Origin: Microbotryum violaceum
Lineage: Eukaryota
Direction: 5' to 3'
DNA: 64,000 bases
Assembly (NCBI GenBank): GCA_001244265.2
Contig: CDLV01000007.1
Coordinates: 2,480,001 to 2,544,000, forward strand
Positions 23,793-35,657 of the stretch are shown one piece after another. The notes beneath the pieces are model-generated. The model saw only the letters and a list, made by a program, of their open reading frames with translations. It searched no databases and was not told the DNA's origin. The position numbers and the translations under genes were made by a program. The first letter of the stretch is position 1. Each line of letters begins with the position of its first letter.

Positions 23793-26321
23793 ATGGTTCT
23801 CCATCGTCGGGGCGCCTTGGCCTCGTCCATGTTTTATGATCTGATGGTCCTGTTTTGGAAGACGTTGATCAACATCTTTTTCAGGGAGATTCGGTCCAGG
23901 GGCGCTTGGAAGGTGCCTAAGGCTGGGGAAGGCGCCGTCATTTTTGTTGTGGGGCCACATCATAATCAGGTCGGTCACGGTGTACTCTGTACTCAGGGGG
24001 TTCATGCTCGCGATAAGAGCTGACGCGGAAGCTGATCTATTTTTGTAATTCGATCTTGGCGGACAGTTCTTGGATCCGTTGTTGTTGATGTCGGAAGTGA
24101 GGAGGGAAGCCGGTCGACGGATCTCGTTCCTCGTCGCGGCCAAATCGATGGACCGCAAATTCATTGGTCAAGTCGCGCGCTTGATGCAGAGCAGTGAGCA
24201 CATCGTTACGTTCTCAGAACTCGCACTTCTCTATCGAGACTTACGTAGAACTTTCCCAAACCTTGCTACAGTTCCCGTCGCGCGAGCTCAAGACCTTGCT
24301 ACCCCGGGCAAAGGCACCATCACGCTCTCCCCCGACGACCCGACCGTCGTCATCGGCCACGGCGCGACCGAGTTCATGAAATCGTTCGCGCAGGCGAGAA
24401 GCCAGATCATGTTGCCGAGGAGCTTGGGGAGCGTTTCGGTAGAGATTGCCGAGGTGATGGATGATCACAAGCTAAGGCTCAAGAAGGAGTTCAATAAGAA
24501 GGTGCGGGACGGGTGGATGGATAAAGGTGCAGAGGGGGTTGCGTACAAGGTCGGTCTAGTCATGTCGGTGGGCTGTTGGGGGGAAGGGATACTTATTGCC
24601 ACGCTCTTTCGGTTCGCAGGTGCTCCCCTACGTTGATCAATCCAAAATGTACAGCTCGGTATACCAGAAGTTGACCGAGGGTGGGTGCATCGGTATCTTC
24701 CCCGAAGGCGGATCGCACGACCGAACCGACCTCTTGCCTCTCAAAGCTGGTGTCTCGATTATGGCCCTCGGAGCGCTCTCGGCCGACCCCAACCTGCGAC
24801 TTCAGATCGTTCCTGTCGGGTTGTCCTACTTCCACCCGCACAAGTTCCGCTCGCGTGCCGTCGTCGAGTTTGGTACGCCGATCGATATCCCTTCTGACTC
24901 GGTACGCGCGTTCGAACGTGGGGGAGACGACAAGAAGAAGGCAATCGGCGACGTTATGGACCTCGTCGTCGATGGGCTCAAAAGCGTTACTGTCCGAGCA
25001 CCGGACTTTGAGACGTTGATGTTGATCCAAGCGACAAGGAGACTGTACCGACCGCCGGGCCAACACTTGACCTTGGGGCAGATCGTCGAACTCAACAAGC
25101 GCTTCATTGCTGGGTACGAGGCCTACCGTGACGATCCTCGGTTGAAACAGTTGATGATACGCGTCAAGGAGTACAACACCTTGTTGAGGTACATGGGCTT
25201 GAAAGACCATCAGATCGAACGTGTTGTTCGGCCATTCTGGAGATCGTTAGTGCTGCTCTGCTATCGATTGGGTTTGTTCGGCGCGTGGTCGATCCTCGCG
25301 TTGCCTGGTGTGATCCTCAATGCCCCCATCTTTATCGCGGCCAAGATCATCAGTCACAGGAAGGCCAAGGAAGCGTTGGCCGCGTCGACGGTCAAGATCA
25401 AGGGCAAGGACGTGCTCGCGACGTGGAAGGTCCTCGTTGCGCTCACCGGTGCACCGACCCTGTACACCTTCTACGCGATCGGCGCCGCTGTCCTCGCGCG
25501 TCGTCTGAACCTCGGGTACAAGTACCAGTTCTACGCACCCCTCGCGACGCTCGTTGGCTTGCCCTTGATTGGTATCTCGGCGCTCAAGTTTGGCGAAGTC
25601 GGTATGGACGTCTACAAGTCTATTCGACCTTTATTGCTCTCCGTCTTGCCGGGAAATCACAAGCAACTCGACAAGTTGCGCGCGATGCGTTCCTCGCTCC
25701 AAATTGAGATTAACCAACTTGTCGAAGAGTTGGCGCCCAAGATATTCGAGGACTTTCAAACGAACCGGGTCGTGCAACCGAGTGCGAAACCGGCGCCTGT
25801 TTCGGAACATGCGACGAAGCGCAGGTCGAGTTATGGACCGCAGGGGCAGGGGACGTTCTTGACCCATCCTTTGTCGTGGGTCGATGAGTACCTCTTTGGG
25901 TGGTCTGCGGGCGGGAGAGGTGGGGAAGGGAGGGATATGGGTCATGAGTCGGACGAAGGGGCCAAGAGTGGGAATGAGGATGAGGGGGGACGGAGGTCGG
26001 GCTATGCAAGTGGGTATGCGAGTGGCTATACGACTGAAGACCCGGATTATGATGAGGTCAGTTGATTTTATTCGTTTCCTCGCCGCCTCATGAGCAAATG
26101 AAGCTGACTCAACTCTGTTGTTCTCGCCATAACAGGTCATCAACATCCTCTCCCGAGAACAAGGCCACGTCTCCACAGTCGACGGCGCCGCTTCCGACGC
26201 CGGCACGGCCATCTCCGCTTCGAGCGGGATGCGCAAACGCCGCGGATCGAGGAGCCGTTCGAGGTCGCAGTTGGACCTGACGGCGTTGGATAAAATTGAG
26301 GAGAGGGGTAAACACGACTGA
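23793..26321 (+). CDS. SCT1: Glycerol-3-phosphate/DHAP O-acyltransferase (Sct1/Gpt2 family), multi-exon
   Basis: Motifs IFFREIRSRG, GPHHNQ|FLDP (HxxxxD), PVARAQD, GIFPEGGSHDR, IVPVGLSYFHPHKFRSR and DVLATWK. Confidence 0.93.
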
Positions 26322-26591
26322 AGGAATGCGGGACATCTCTGGGCGCTACGGGTTTTGGATTGCTTTCTTTCGGTCTAACGTGTTATATAAGTTTTGGGAG
26401 CCTGACGAATAATTCTGTAGTGGCGCGCATGCGCCGTAATTCGGGTAAGTCGACTTCAGTAACATTCGTCGGGTTTACTGTATCTATCTGTGCACGTATT
26501 TGGCGCTTTGAGTGAAACACGACATAATTTCTTCACGATCCGATTCGAAAGTGGTGCAAACAGCGACATGGATTGTACTGACAACTACTTT

Positions 26592-26806
26592 GAACGGACT
26601 GACGATTAATTTAAACGGAATACAGAACACCTAGCGGTGGACCTGACATAGAAAGCACAGAAACCTCAGAGAGACGGAACGGAATCGGGAGCGTTCGAGA
26701 GAACGGACTGACGATTAATTTAAACGGAATACAGAACAACTAGCGGTGTACCTGACATAGAAAGCACAGAAACCTCAGAGAGACGGAACGGAACCGGGAG
26801 CGCTCG
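26592..26806. repeat. Two near-identical direct repeats, period 109 bp
   Basis: gaacggactgacgattaatttaaacggaatacagaac...gggagcg starts at 26592 and again at 26701, with only a few substitutions. Confidence 0.95.
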
Positions 26807-26908
26807 GGACATTAGGAGGACTTGATGCGGACTTGAGAAGGATGAACGACGAATGCTGGGGATTCGTCTCGGGCGCGCGAAGAGAAATTGGCTGGGTGCA
26901 CAGCAGCT

Positions 26909-29655
26909 TTACTCCTCTGGAGCACGGTCGACACTTAGCGACTCGGAATCTCCCAACGAGAGTAAATCGGTTGGCTTTGTGAGCAGATCCCGTGGATGGG
27001 ATCTCCCAACGTCGTTTCGTTTCCGCTTCGTGTGGAAGCACATTTCAGGGCCGATATTCATCTTCCACGCCCAAAGTGGTGTCGATATACCGAAGCTCGG
27101 CAATTTCGAATCGTTGAAGCCGCCTCCGAATGGATTGGGGTCAGGCACGTGCTCGTTCCCGGACTGGTCCGGTTTTTCGTACCAGGTCTCGTGGGGAGGA
27201 TGAATGTTGAAGGTAGTCGAGCCGTTGTTAATGGGGTTGCGGGGATTGGAGTCAGGCACGTGCTCGTTCCCGGACTGGTCCGGTTTTTCGTACCAGGTCT
27301 CGTGGGGAGGATGAATGTTGAAGGTAGTCGAGCCGTTGTTAATGGGGTTGCGGGGATTGGAGTCAGGCACGTGCTCGTTCTCGGAGTGGTCCGGTTTTTT
27401 GAACCAGGTGTCGTGGGTAGAATGACTGTTGAAGGTAGTCGAGCCGTTGTCTATGGAGTTGTCGAAATTCTCTTCGAGCGATCTCTTGCCGATCGAGATA
27501 CCAGCACCCCACGGATTGGCGCCTAACGATGACCCGACAGTAAGCGCAACTCCGATCATGGGTTGGGCAAAGAGCGTGTGGCCTGTTGAAAGAGAGAAGT
27601 TCGATTTGATTGAGCAGCAATAAAAGCAAAGCACAAGGCTGATGACCGTGCGATCGGTGTGGGCCTGTAGGGTCACAGGTGACACTTACCGCCCGTTCGC
27701 GTTACAGCCGAGCAAGGGCCCGCGCCTGGGCCTGCAACTCCGATATCTGGGTAGTGGAAGTGGTTGGTAGGCGACCATTCGTCAGTATCACAATATAATG
27801 ATCGACGAGTCGTTCTTTGCAAAGCACGCTTACTAATTGACGGGCCACCACCGATTGAGACTGACGCTGGGGAAAAAGCTGCCATGCCCGCGACACGCGA
27901 ACACAGCAAGCGAATGCCGTCACACATGAACCGAACAAATCAGCGACATTAGGTTGTAGAAAAGAGAGGTGAAAAGCTCAACTTACCCAACACTTTATGG
28001 AGCTTGATCTGGAGACTTATTGACAGACTCACACTAGCGGAAAGTGTGGCCGAACCCATGCCGGTGATGCTGAGTGGTGTGGAACTGTGAGTGATTCCCC
28101 AATTCCCCTGGGGGACAGGGATGCCGGGCGCAATAAGACGCAACCCCATACCGTCTTTGAGCCCGAGGTAGACGGTCTTATCGAATTGCAAATGCCCCGT
28201 CACTTTTGAGATGCTGTAGCCCCATCCGACGGAGATGTACACGCCCATGTCGACAACGTTCGGAATGGAGTACGATAATCGAGGCAGTCCAGCTTTGAAG
28301 AGCGTGCCGCCCCAGCCGAATGACCCTGGGATGGTAGCCTAGAGTCCGTCGATAGGGTCCTGTCAGTGATCAGATGTTCGGTCGGGCGACGGGCACTGCA
28401 GCGGAATCGGGGCACAGCGACTTGACAAATGAGTTGGCGTGAGAGCACGAGCACGACTGACCTTTGCATCGACGTGCAAATGAGCCCTCACGCCGACATT
28501 GTGCGTTATGGTGTAAATGGAGTATGAGACTGGGGCCCCCCCGAAGGTGGTGATCACCAGTGCAAGACTGATCGATCCGTACGATCCGCAGTCGTCGCAA
28601 CGCGTTGTTGACTGGAGGCACTTCGGATCTGGGGAATTATACGTTTGCGTGCCGTAGGCTCTATGGTTGAGGTCGATGGTGAAACTCGCCACCGGGACGT
28701 CGTGGAAGACTTTCTGCTCCACCTTGTGAACGACCTTGTGAACGGCCTTTCTGATCGCATGCCAGACCTTTCCGATCTTATGCCAGAACGATCGCTTCGA
28801 TTTGTGCGGCTCCTCCATCAAGTCGTCGGCGGTCTTCCCCGGCGGCAGGCCGATCGCGAGTCGCGAAGTATGCGTCGCAATCTTCCAGTTTGTCTCGACG
28901 CCGTAAAAGGTAATCTCGAGGCGCGCAGGATCGAAAGACATATCGTGAAAGTGGAAAGGCTTGAGCGTGTCTTCGGTGAGCATACACCCTGCCCAGTTGG
29001 CGAAGAGCACGATGAGGTGATCGGGTTCCGCTTGGACCCACGACGACCACGCTTGGACCGCGTAATGAAAGGCTGGTTGGGACTGAAAGACGATGGTGGT
29101 TTGCGATGTACCACACATGACGCCGGCGAGCAGTTTGGAAAAGCTTTGCATGTTGATGATCTGCAACATCGGATACGCAAGAGGTCAGACACGTTAGAGC
29201 AATGGCTCGTAGCAGCGGGCCCCGGAAGGGAGGCGAATGTGCAGGAGAGGTGAGAGAACTGGCCTTTTCATGCTTGTACGTCTCCACCTCCATCGTAGCG
29301 AGGTTTACGTGGCCAGTGTCATCTGCGAGGTAGAAGAGGTACAGAAGAAGACGTCAACAAATTAGTCTGAATAATGGAAAGTTTCCAGGCTCTTCCGTGC
29401 GCACAGGCCTCGTCCCAAACGACGCGCACCTTTTTCTCCGACCCAGGAAAAAACCTCGTCATCCTGTAGGTCGAGCGCCGCTGACAGGTCTACGCTCTCG
29501 AGACTTTTCCGATCCTCGAACCATCCCGGATGGACCAGCCCTTTGGTTGCGTACTCGCTGCCTTCGGGGTGAAACGTCTTGAGCACCACCTTCGTGTCGC
29601 CACGAACGAGCAATGCCAAGGAAAGGAGCGTAGCCCACTGACTCAGGGGACGCAT
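26909..29655 (-). CDS. Secreted beta-rich fungal protein (DUF7029/DUF7223-like) with internal 37-aa repeats, multi-exon
   Basis: Signal peptide MRPLSQWATLLSLALLVRG; AWSSWV..HLIVLFANWAGC; C..CGSYG; several KR sites. The exons link by canonical splice signals plus one GC-AG intron. The family name is from recall only. Confidence 0.65.
27141..27452 (-). repeat. About three tandem 111-bp coding repeats (NGSTTFNIHPPHETWYEKPDQSGNEHVPDSNPRNPIN)
   Basis: tcaggcacgtgctcgttc occurs at 27141, 27252 and 27363. Confidence 0.95.
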
Positions 29656-31121
29656 CGCGCACGCGAAAGGGAGCGGGGAGCGAGGGGGCAGGAGATGGGC
29701 GTCGAATCAGATGCGAGGACACAAGGAGCACTGGGTCGAGGGCGAAGTAGTGAAGTAGTAAGATGAGAAAGATGATGGTAGGGGGTGAAGAGGCGGACGC
29801 TCGACGTGATCTGTAGTCATGGTGCGAGGAGGGTCAGACGCAAGATGCCAAAAAGGCTCATTGGTGACTAAGATTAGTCGTGGACATAGACAATCGGTCC
29901 CTGCGGCCCGTCGGGTTGACAGTGGTAACAGCAGCCCTATGTCCAAACACGTGCTTATCTGCGTCGGATGGGCAGATTTTCCTGCTGGGCAGAGCCTGAG
30001 GTTTCAGAATGTCGCCATCCAGTCGCCCCTATCAGTAGTTACCGTAACCGCATTGGTGCCCCACTCAGGTTTCACTGATTAGGTGAAACATTCATCTTGA
30101 ACCCATGACCATTTGCCAGTTGCCGGCAGTACCAAACCTGGTTATAGGAGACTACGCCAAGGGGGCGCTCGCTCTCGGTGTTAGTCAGCGCGCGACCCTG
30201 TCGATCAAGCTCGATCAAGCGCCGGCTAGCGCCTGTGGCACCGCGCCGGCCTTTCCGCACGTGTTGCTGGACTCGCGAAAGGCGCACACATGGGCAAGGG
30301 TTTTCAGCAGCGGCGACGCATCCCAGGCGGACCAGGGCGCAGGGGCTCGCAAGCCCTGGCAGCGGCGCACGTTCGACTTGCCTTTTAAAGAAGCTCTTTT
30401 GGCGGGTCTGATCGAAATGCACCTAAAAGATCATATCGGAAGGTCGGGACGGAAACCTGTTGCATCTGTTTCCTGATTGTGACCTCTCGTGGCTCGTAAC
30501 TGGTTCTGCCCTGCACCCCTCTGTAAAGTGCCGAAATCATGGAGCACATAATTCCTGTAGAAGATCGATCCAGCCCATTGGTCCGCCGAGCATAGCCCAG
30601 ATTGGCTCCTCAGTCGGATCGATTCCGCTGCATATCGATCGATCTTTAGTCACCAGAGATTAGCCGTATAGCCAGTTCCGGGTACCTAGGTACTTGATCT
30701 CTTCACTGTGATAACGACTTCAGAACAACGCAGACAGAGAACGGAAAACGTGGGGGTTTACCTGCTTTTTTTCGGACCTTGCCGGCTTGGTAGCTCCGCG
30801 GAACAATTTGTGTCACGTGCAGCCGCCCTTGCGCGAGGATATTCGGGCCGCGTACAGTTCGCACCTACTTTGGCCCATGGAATATGGGGGCTTGTATGTG
30901 CCCTGCAGATGAACAAGGTGAGGCGTTTACGGCGGACTCTGTCGGGGAGCTGACAGCTGAGCAACTAGGACTGAGCGTGGAGGCTGGGAAGACGAGAAGC
31001 TTGGCTTTTCGGCTTGGATCTGGCCGGCTACAGGCGCGGCGGCAGGGCTCGACTTGAGCTCGGATCGAGCGCCTCAGCGCACACGCGACGACCACCTCTG
31101 CGGTGTCCACACCGCTCAACG

Positions 31122-33596
31122 ATGGCGGGATTCCCGACAGCAGGATCGACTTCCACCCCAGTCGCTTCATCACATGCCCATGCCGAAGAGGACCCCGAGC
31201 ACATTCAACAGTTCGGTCCCGTGCGAGGAGGGATCGTCTTCCTCGAGAGTGGTACATCTGCGATCAGCCGACGCTCGACGAGGAGCGGCAACAGCTTCAA
31301 GGATGGCAAGAGTGGCACCTGCGATTTGAGCGATGATCATGATGTACGTCATGCCGAGGTTGCCCCGCCGCGGCTGGACCGCCCGAGGGAAGGTGGTGTG
31401 TGGTGTGGGGTGTGGGGACTCGTCGACTCGGGCATCGGGAGCAGTCGCCCTCGCGCTGGGCCTGCCGGAACCTCGCCGGACCGACACTGGGCTCAACGCT
31501 GAATGTCCCAAGAAATTGTTGACACTCTGGAGACACTTGCGTATGCCAACAGCTCATGTGTCTAAACGACGTGTTCAAACCTCCTGTGGTCCGACAATGG
31601 CTGTCGAACGGAAGGCTTTTCCGGGAGCGAGACGAACGAGTGCCCTCCTGCTTCGAGCTCATCTTTGACTTGATCCTGGTTGGTGAGTGGGTTTCAAACC
31701 TTCAAAGGCACATGGGGCACGAGCTCGTTGCTGATAGCAAGGTCGCGCTGTCCAAATCAGGCATCGTGCACCAACTCGCGGATGCCGCTTCGGAGCACGT
31801 CTCGGGACTTTCACTCGCCAAGGTCATCTTAACTTTTTACCCCGCGTGGAGCATTTGGAGTGACTACAGGAACTGGCAGAACGTCTCAGGCGTAGAGTGA
31901 GCTTTGATTTCCCGTGGTCTCGATTTGGGAGATCATATTTCTTGCGCTGATGCACACTTCAAACTTTTCTCGGAACCCACAGTGACGTCTCGCAGCGCAT
32001 TCAGACGCTTGCTATCCTCAGCTGTCTGGTCGGATACAGCTCGAACGCGTCGGCCATTGAATTGCACGTTGCTGAAGAAGGCCAGGCCGCGTTGGAGGTG
32101 GCTCGTAGGCTGTTACGACGATCAGCGGCGGCGCTCACGAGTGGCGAAACAGCCACTGCTTCCGAGATCATCGGCCACGGTGGTCAGCAGCACGCCATCG
32201 TGGCTGCCACCATTTTCTTCCTCGTCGCCAAGCTCATTCGAAGTATTGCGTGTTCCCACCGAGTCTGTCTCGCCTGCTGGATCCTGCCCTCCTATCGACG
32301 CTGACCTTCTCGCACAATTGTCACCATTTTCTAACGCAGTCCTGACTTTTGTCGGCTACGCGTGGGAGATGACTGATTTCCGCTCCGCATTTCTTGCCCG
32401 AGCTGCAGCCCTCACTATCGTTTCGCTCATTTTCATGGGATGCATCTGGGCGCCTTCGCTCCGAGCGACGGCGATCCTTGCCGCGGTTGGTGCGGCCGTC
32501 GAAATCGGGTCGCGCTTCTCAGTCGGCGTCATCGTCTCGGTCACGAGGCGGCAATGGATGCACAAGGCCAAGCAACGAGCGGAGGACGGCGAAATTGCGG
32601 ATGCCAGCCAAGTGCCCATCGGAGTAGGGATAAAAATGATTCCTGCCGTCAATCTGGAGCACAGTTAGTCTCCTCGTGACAGCGCCTTGGGGCACACCTT
32701 GGCGACGTCCTGCTAATACACGATGCGATTCTCCGCTTTGCTCACAGTGGTCGAGAGGACAGCAGCTTTCGTCACGATCGTCCTCGGCGAGTCGGTCATC
32801 TCGGTTTTGTTCGTGGCCAAGCCAGGGACCTATGGCCTGTCGTACCAATTTGCAAAAGCGGTCTTCGGGCTCACCGTCGCGTTTATCGTCAACGCCGTCT
32901 ACTTTGATGCAGCGCTGTCCAAGAAGTTTTTACACGCGATTCGAAGGCACTGGTTCACAAACGTCTTTTGGGACATTACCCACTGGCCTCTGTGCACGGG
33001 GTTGATCCTAGCGAGTGCGGCCCTGGCAAAGTTGGTACAAAACGAAGAGGTGAGAACGCATCAATGCATACTATGGATCCACTTCCGTGAGTTGAGCTAA
33101 TATTCGCGTGCTGCCATCGCTGCTTGTAGGTTTCGCAAGGTATCCGCTGGCAGTATGGCGGTGGAATGGGCGTGGCACTGCTTTGCATCACCGTGCTCGG
33201 CATCCTCCACCAATCTTTGGATCCGGCTGGGTCATCTCGCGTCAACGCTGTGAGTTCCCCCCACCATATGGACTCAGATTGCAGATTGCTGACTATGTTT
33301 TCTTTCATCATCATCATCATCATCAACGACAGGCGTTCCGTGCCTCGGTCCGTCTCGTCGTCGCAATCATTTTTGCTCTGCTTCCTATGATCAAGTCGAT
33401 TAAGGACCTCGCGTTCCTCGGCATCTACGTCGGCATCGCGAGTGCGATGGTCATCTTCGAGGTCTGGGCCAAGCTCGGAGTCGAGATCGTCGAGAACGAG
33501 GATCATCGCCCCGTCGAGGATGAGGAGGATGCAAGTATCGACAAGGGAGCCGAGGATGGTAGAGGCAGCGAGTCGATGCAGGCTCCTCACTGGTGA
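31122..33596 (+). CDS. Low temperature requirement A (LtrA)-family multi-pass membrane protein, multi-exon
   Basis: Motifs FELIFDLILVG and LEH..ERTAAFVTIVLGESV, H.PL..GL, and multiple TM segments. Confidence 0.8.
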
Positions 33597-34196
33597 GCTG
33601 CGCAACCCAATCCCCGTGCGATTATGCGCAGGCGGATGTATGTATCTGCTTTGTATACTATACAATATGCTCGTGGGCGGTTAATCAACTTGACTGCTTG
33701 TTCCGCAAATTTGAAGCTGCTGTAGCTTTTCTATATGGGTTTTGGGGTCGTAATAAGAGACGATTGCTTCCGTGTACCCGATGGCCTTCTTGCGCCTGGG
33801 CTGATATTGTTCCTACTCGATGCTTTGACGAACGAGCAAGTGTTTGTCATCTATGTCCATCCTTCCTGAAACGATCGGTTGGAATGTATGCTTTGCTCGT
33901 CACGGGTACACTACGGCAATTCAGCTTGCGTCTCAGATCGCGCTCACTGCAGTACAAGTCCCTAGTTGGAACTATGTGAGCGAGATGTCAAATGGGGCCG
34001 GCCGAATTTGCGCGGCCGAAAACGATCGGCGCGTGACTGGCGCGCGTCAACGCGTTATCAGTCAAGTCGCGTCCCACCCCAAGTCGAGCCAAGTCGCAGC
34101 CCATCGCACTCTGTCCTGCCATTTGTCCTGCCACTTTTCTCGCCCGTCTCGCTCATCACAAGCGCACCCACACCCAGCCTCACACACAAAGCAAAG

Positions 34197-35657
34197 ATGG
34201 ATCACAGTATGTCGCACAGTCATCTCACTTTGTCAGCTGGCATTGACGAGGTATGCGCTACCACTGCACAGGTTACGGCGCCGGCGGTGGATTCATGCGC
34301 GGCTCGCAAGGAGGCGCCGCGAGCAGTCCAGGAGACGGTGGATCAAAGGTGTGTTTTCGGTGGGATGTAACAGTGCGTCGATGCGCGAGTGCTCATACTG
34401 GTGCTGTTGGGGTTGCTCGTGCAGCGCAACGGCCCTTCGTCGCTGCGACCGGTGACGATCCACCAGATCCTCAACGCTTCCCAGGCCCACCCGGACGCGG
34501 ACTTGTTCATCGACGAGAAGGAGGCAAAAGATGTGAGTCCGGTGCCATGGCAAGCTCGTGTGCTATCAAGGCCCAGTGGTCGACAGTGGATGTCAACGCT
34601 GGGCTTGGCGCGCCGACGCGAGCGAGGTCGAGGCTCAGCGCCGTGTTGGACGGTGCTAGCATCAACCGCCTGTCCGTACCAAACAGAAGCTTATTACGCT
34701 CAAACTCTTAGATCACATTCGTCGCCTGCGTTCGCAATGTCAACAGCTCAGCGACTCATCTCGGTTACCTTGTTGAGGACGGGACAGGTGCGTACAACAA
34801 CCCTGTCGAGCGAACACCACGCGTATGTGGATTCTCAGCTCACACTTTTGACGTACTGATTTCAGGCCAGATCGATGTGCGAAGATGGATCGATGGCGAC
34901 GTGGAAGCGGCGGCGAATGAATTCGAGTCAGTCGTTGAAAATTTTCGCGCGACCGAACCGTTGGCCTGTACGCTGACATACCTTCTTCTTCATCCAACGC
35001 GAATCCTACACTCCAGGATCAACACATACGTTCGTATTCTCGGCACGATCAAGGTCTTCCACAATAAGCGGTCGATCCACTGTACACGAATGCGCCTCGT
35101 TGAGGACAAGAACGAAGTTTTGTACCACGCGATCGAATGCGTCCACGCCAGTCTGTTCCTCACCCGAGGGCCCGTAAGTGGCAGAGCATCAGTCGTTGGG
35201 GCATTTTTCGACTCTGTTACTCATTAATTTCGGATTGGTAACGATAGCCGGGGAAGGCGAATGGCGCAGCCGGCTACGTGATCCCCAACCAAGCCGGTGG
35301 CCAGTACGACGCCAGCAACCCCTACGAGGGGGCCGCCAACGGTGTTGGAGCCGGAGGCGACCCTTTTGCCGACTTCCCGCCCGTCCAGCGCAAGCTCATG
35401 CAGTTCATCAGGGACACCATTCCACAAGCGCCAGAAGGCGTCAACATCCAACACATCGCCAGGTCCGCCGGCGTGCCGTACGACCAGGCGATTCAACAAC
35501 TCGGTTTGCTACAGGAGGAAGGTCACCTCTATTCGACCTTTGATGATAATCAGTCAGTTTTCAAGCTGAGCGAGGTTGCCGCGAAGAGCAGCGATAAGCG
35601 TGTTTGCTAATTTGGGTCCCTCTCCAATCGAAAAGCGTGTTGATGACCTCGGGCTAG
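34197..35657 (+). CDS. RFA2: Replication protein A 32-kDa subunit (RPA2/Ssb2), multi-exon
   Basis: GGGFM..SQ N-terminus, SLRPVTIHQI, OB-fold YLVEDGTG|QIDVRRW, YVRILG, NEVLYH and a winged-helix EEGHLYSTFDD. Confidence 0.92.

Noticed and set aside
26592-27452. Direct repeats as a CRISPR array
   Set aside because: Eukaryotic context, units of about 110 bp with no unique spacers, and no cas genes.
30105-30476. 123-aa ATG ORF in the intergenic region
   Set aside because: No recognisable motif or supporting splice structure.
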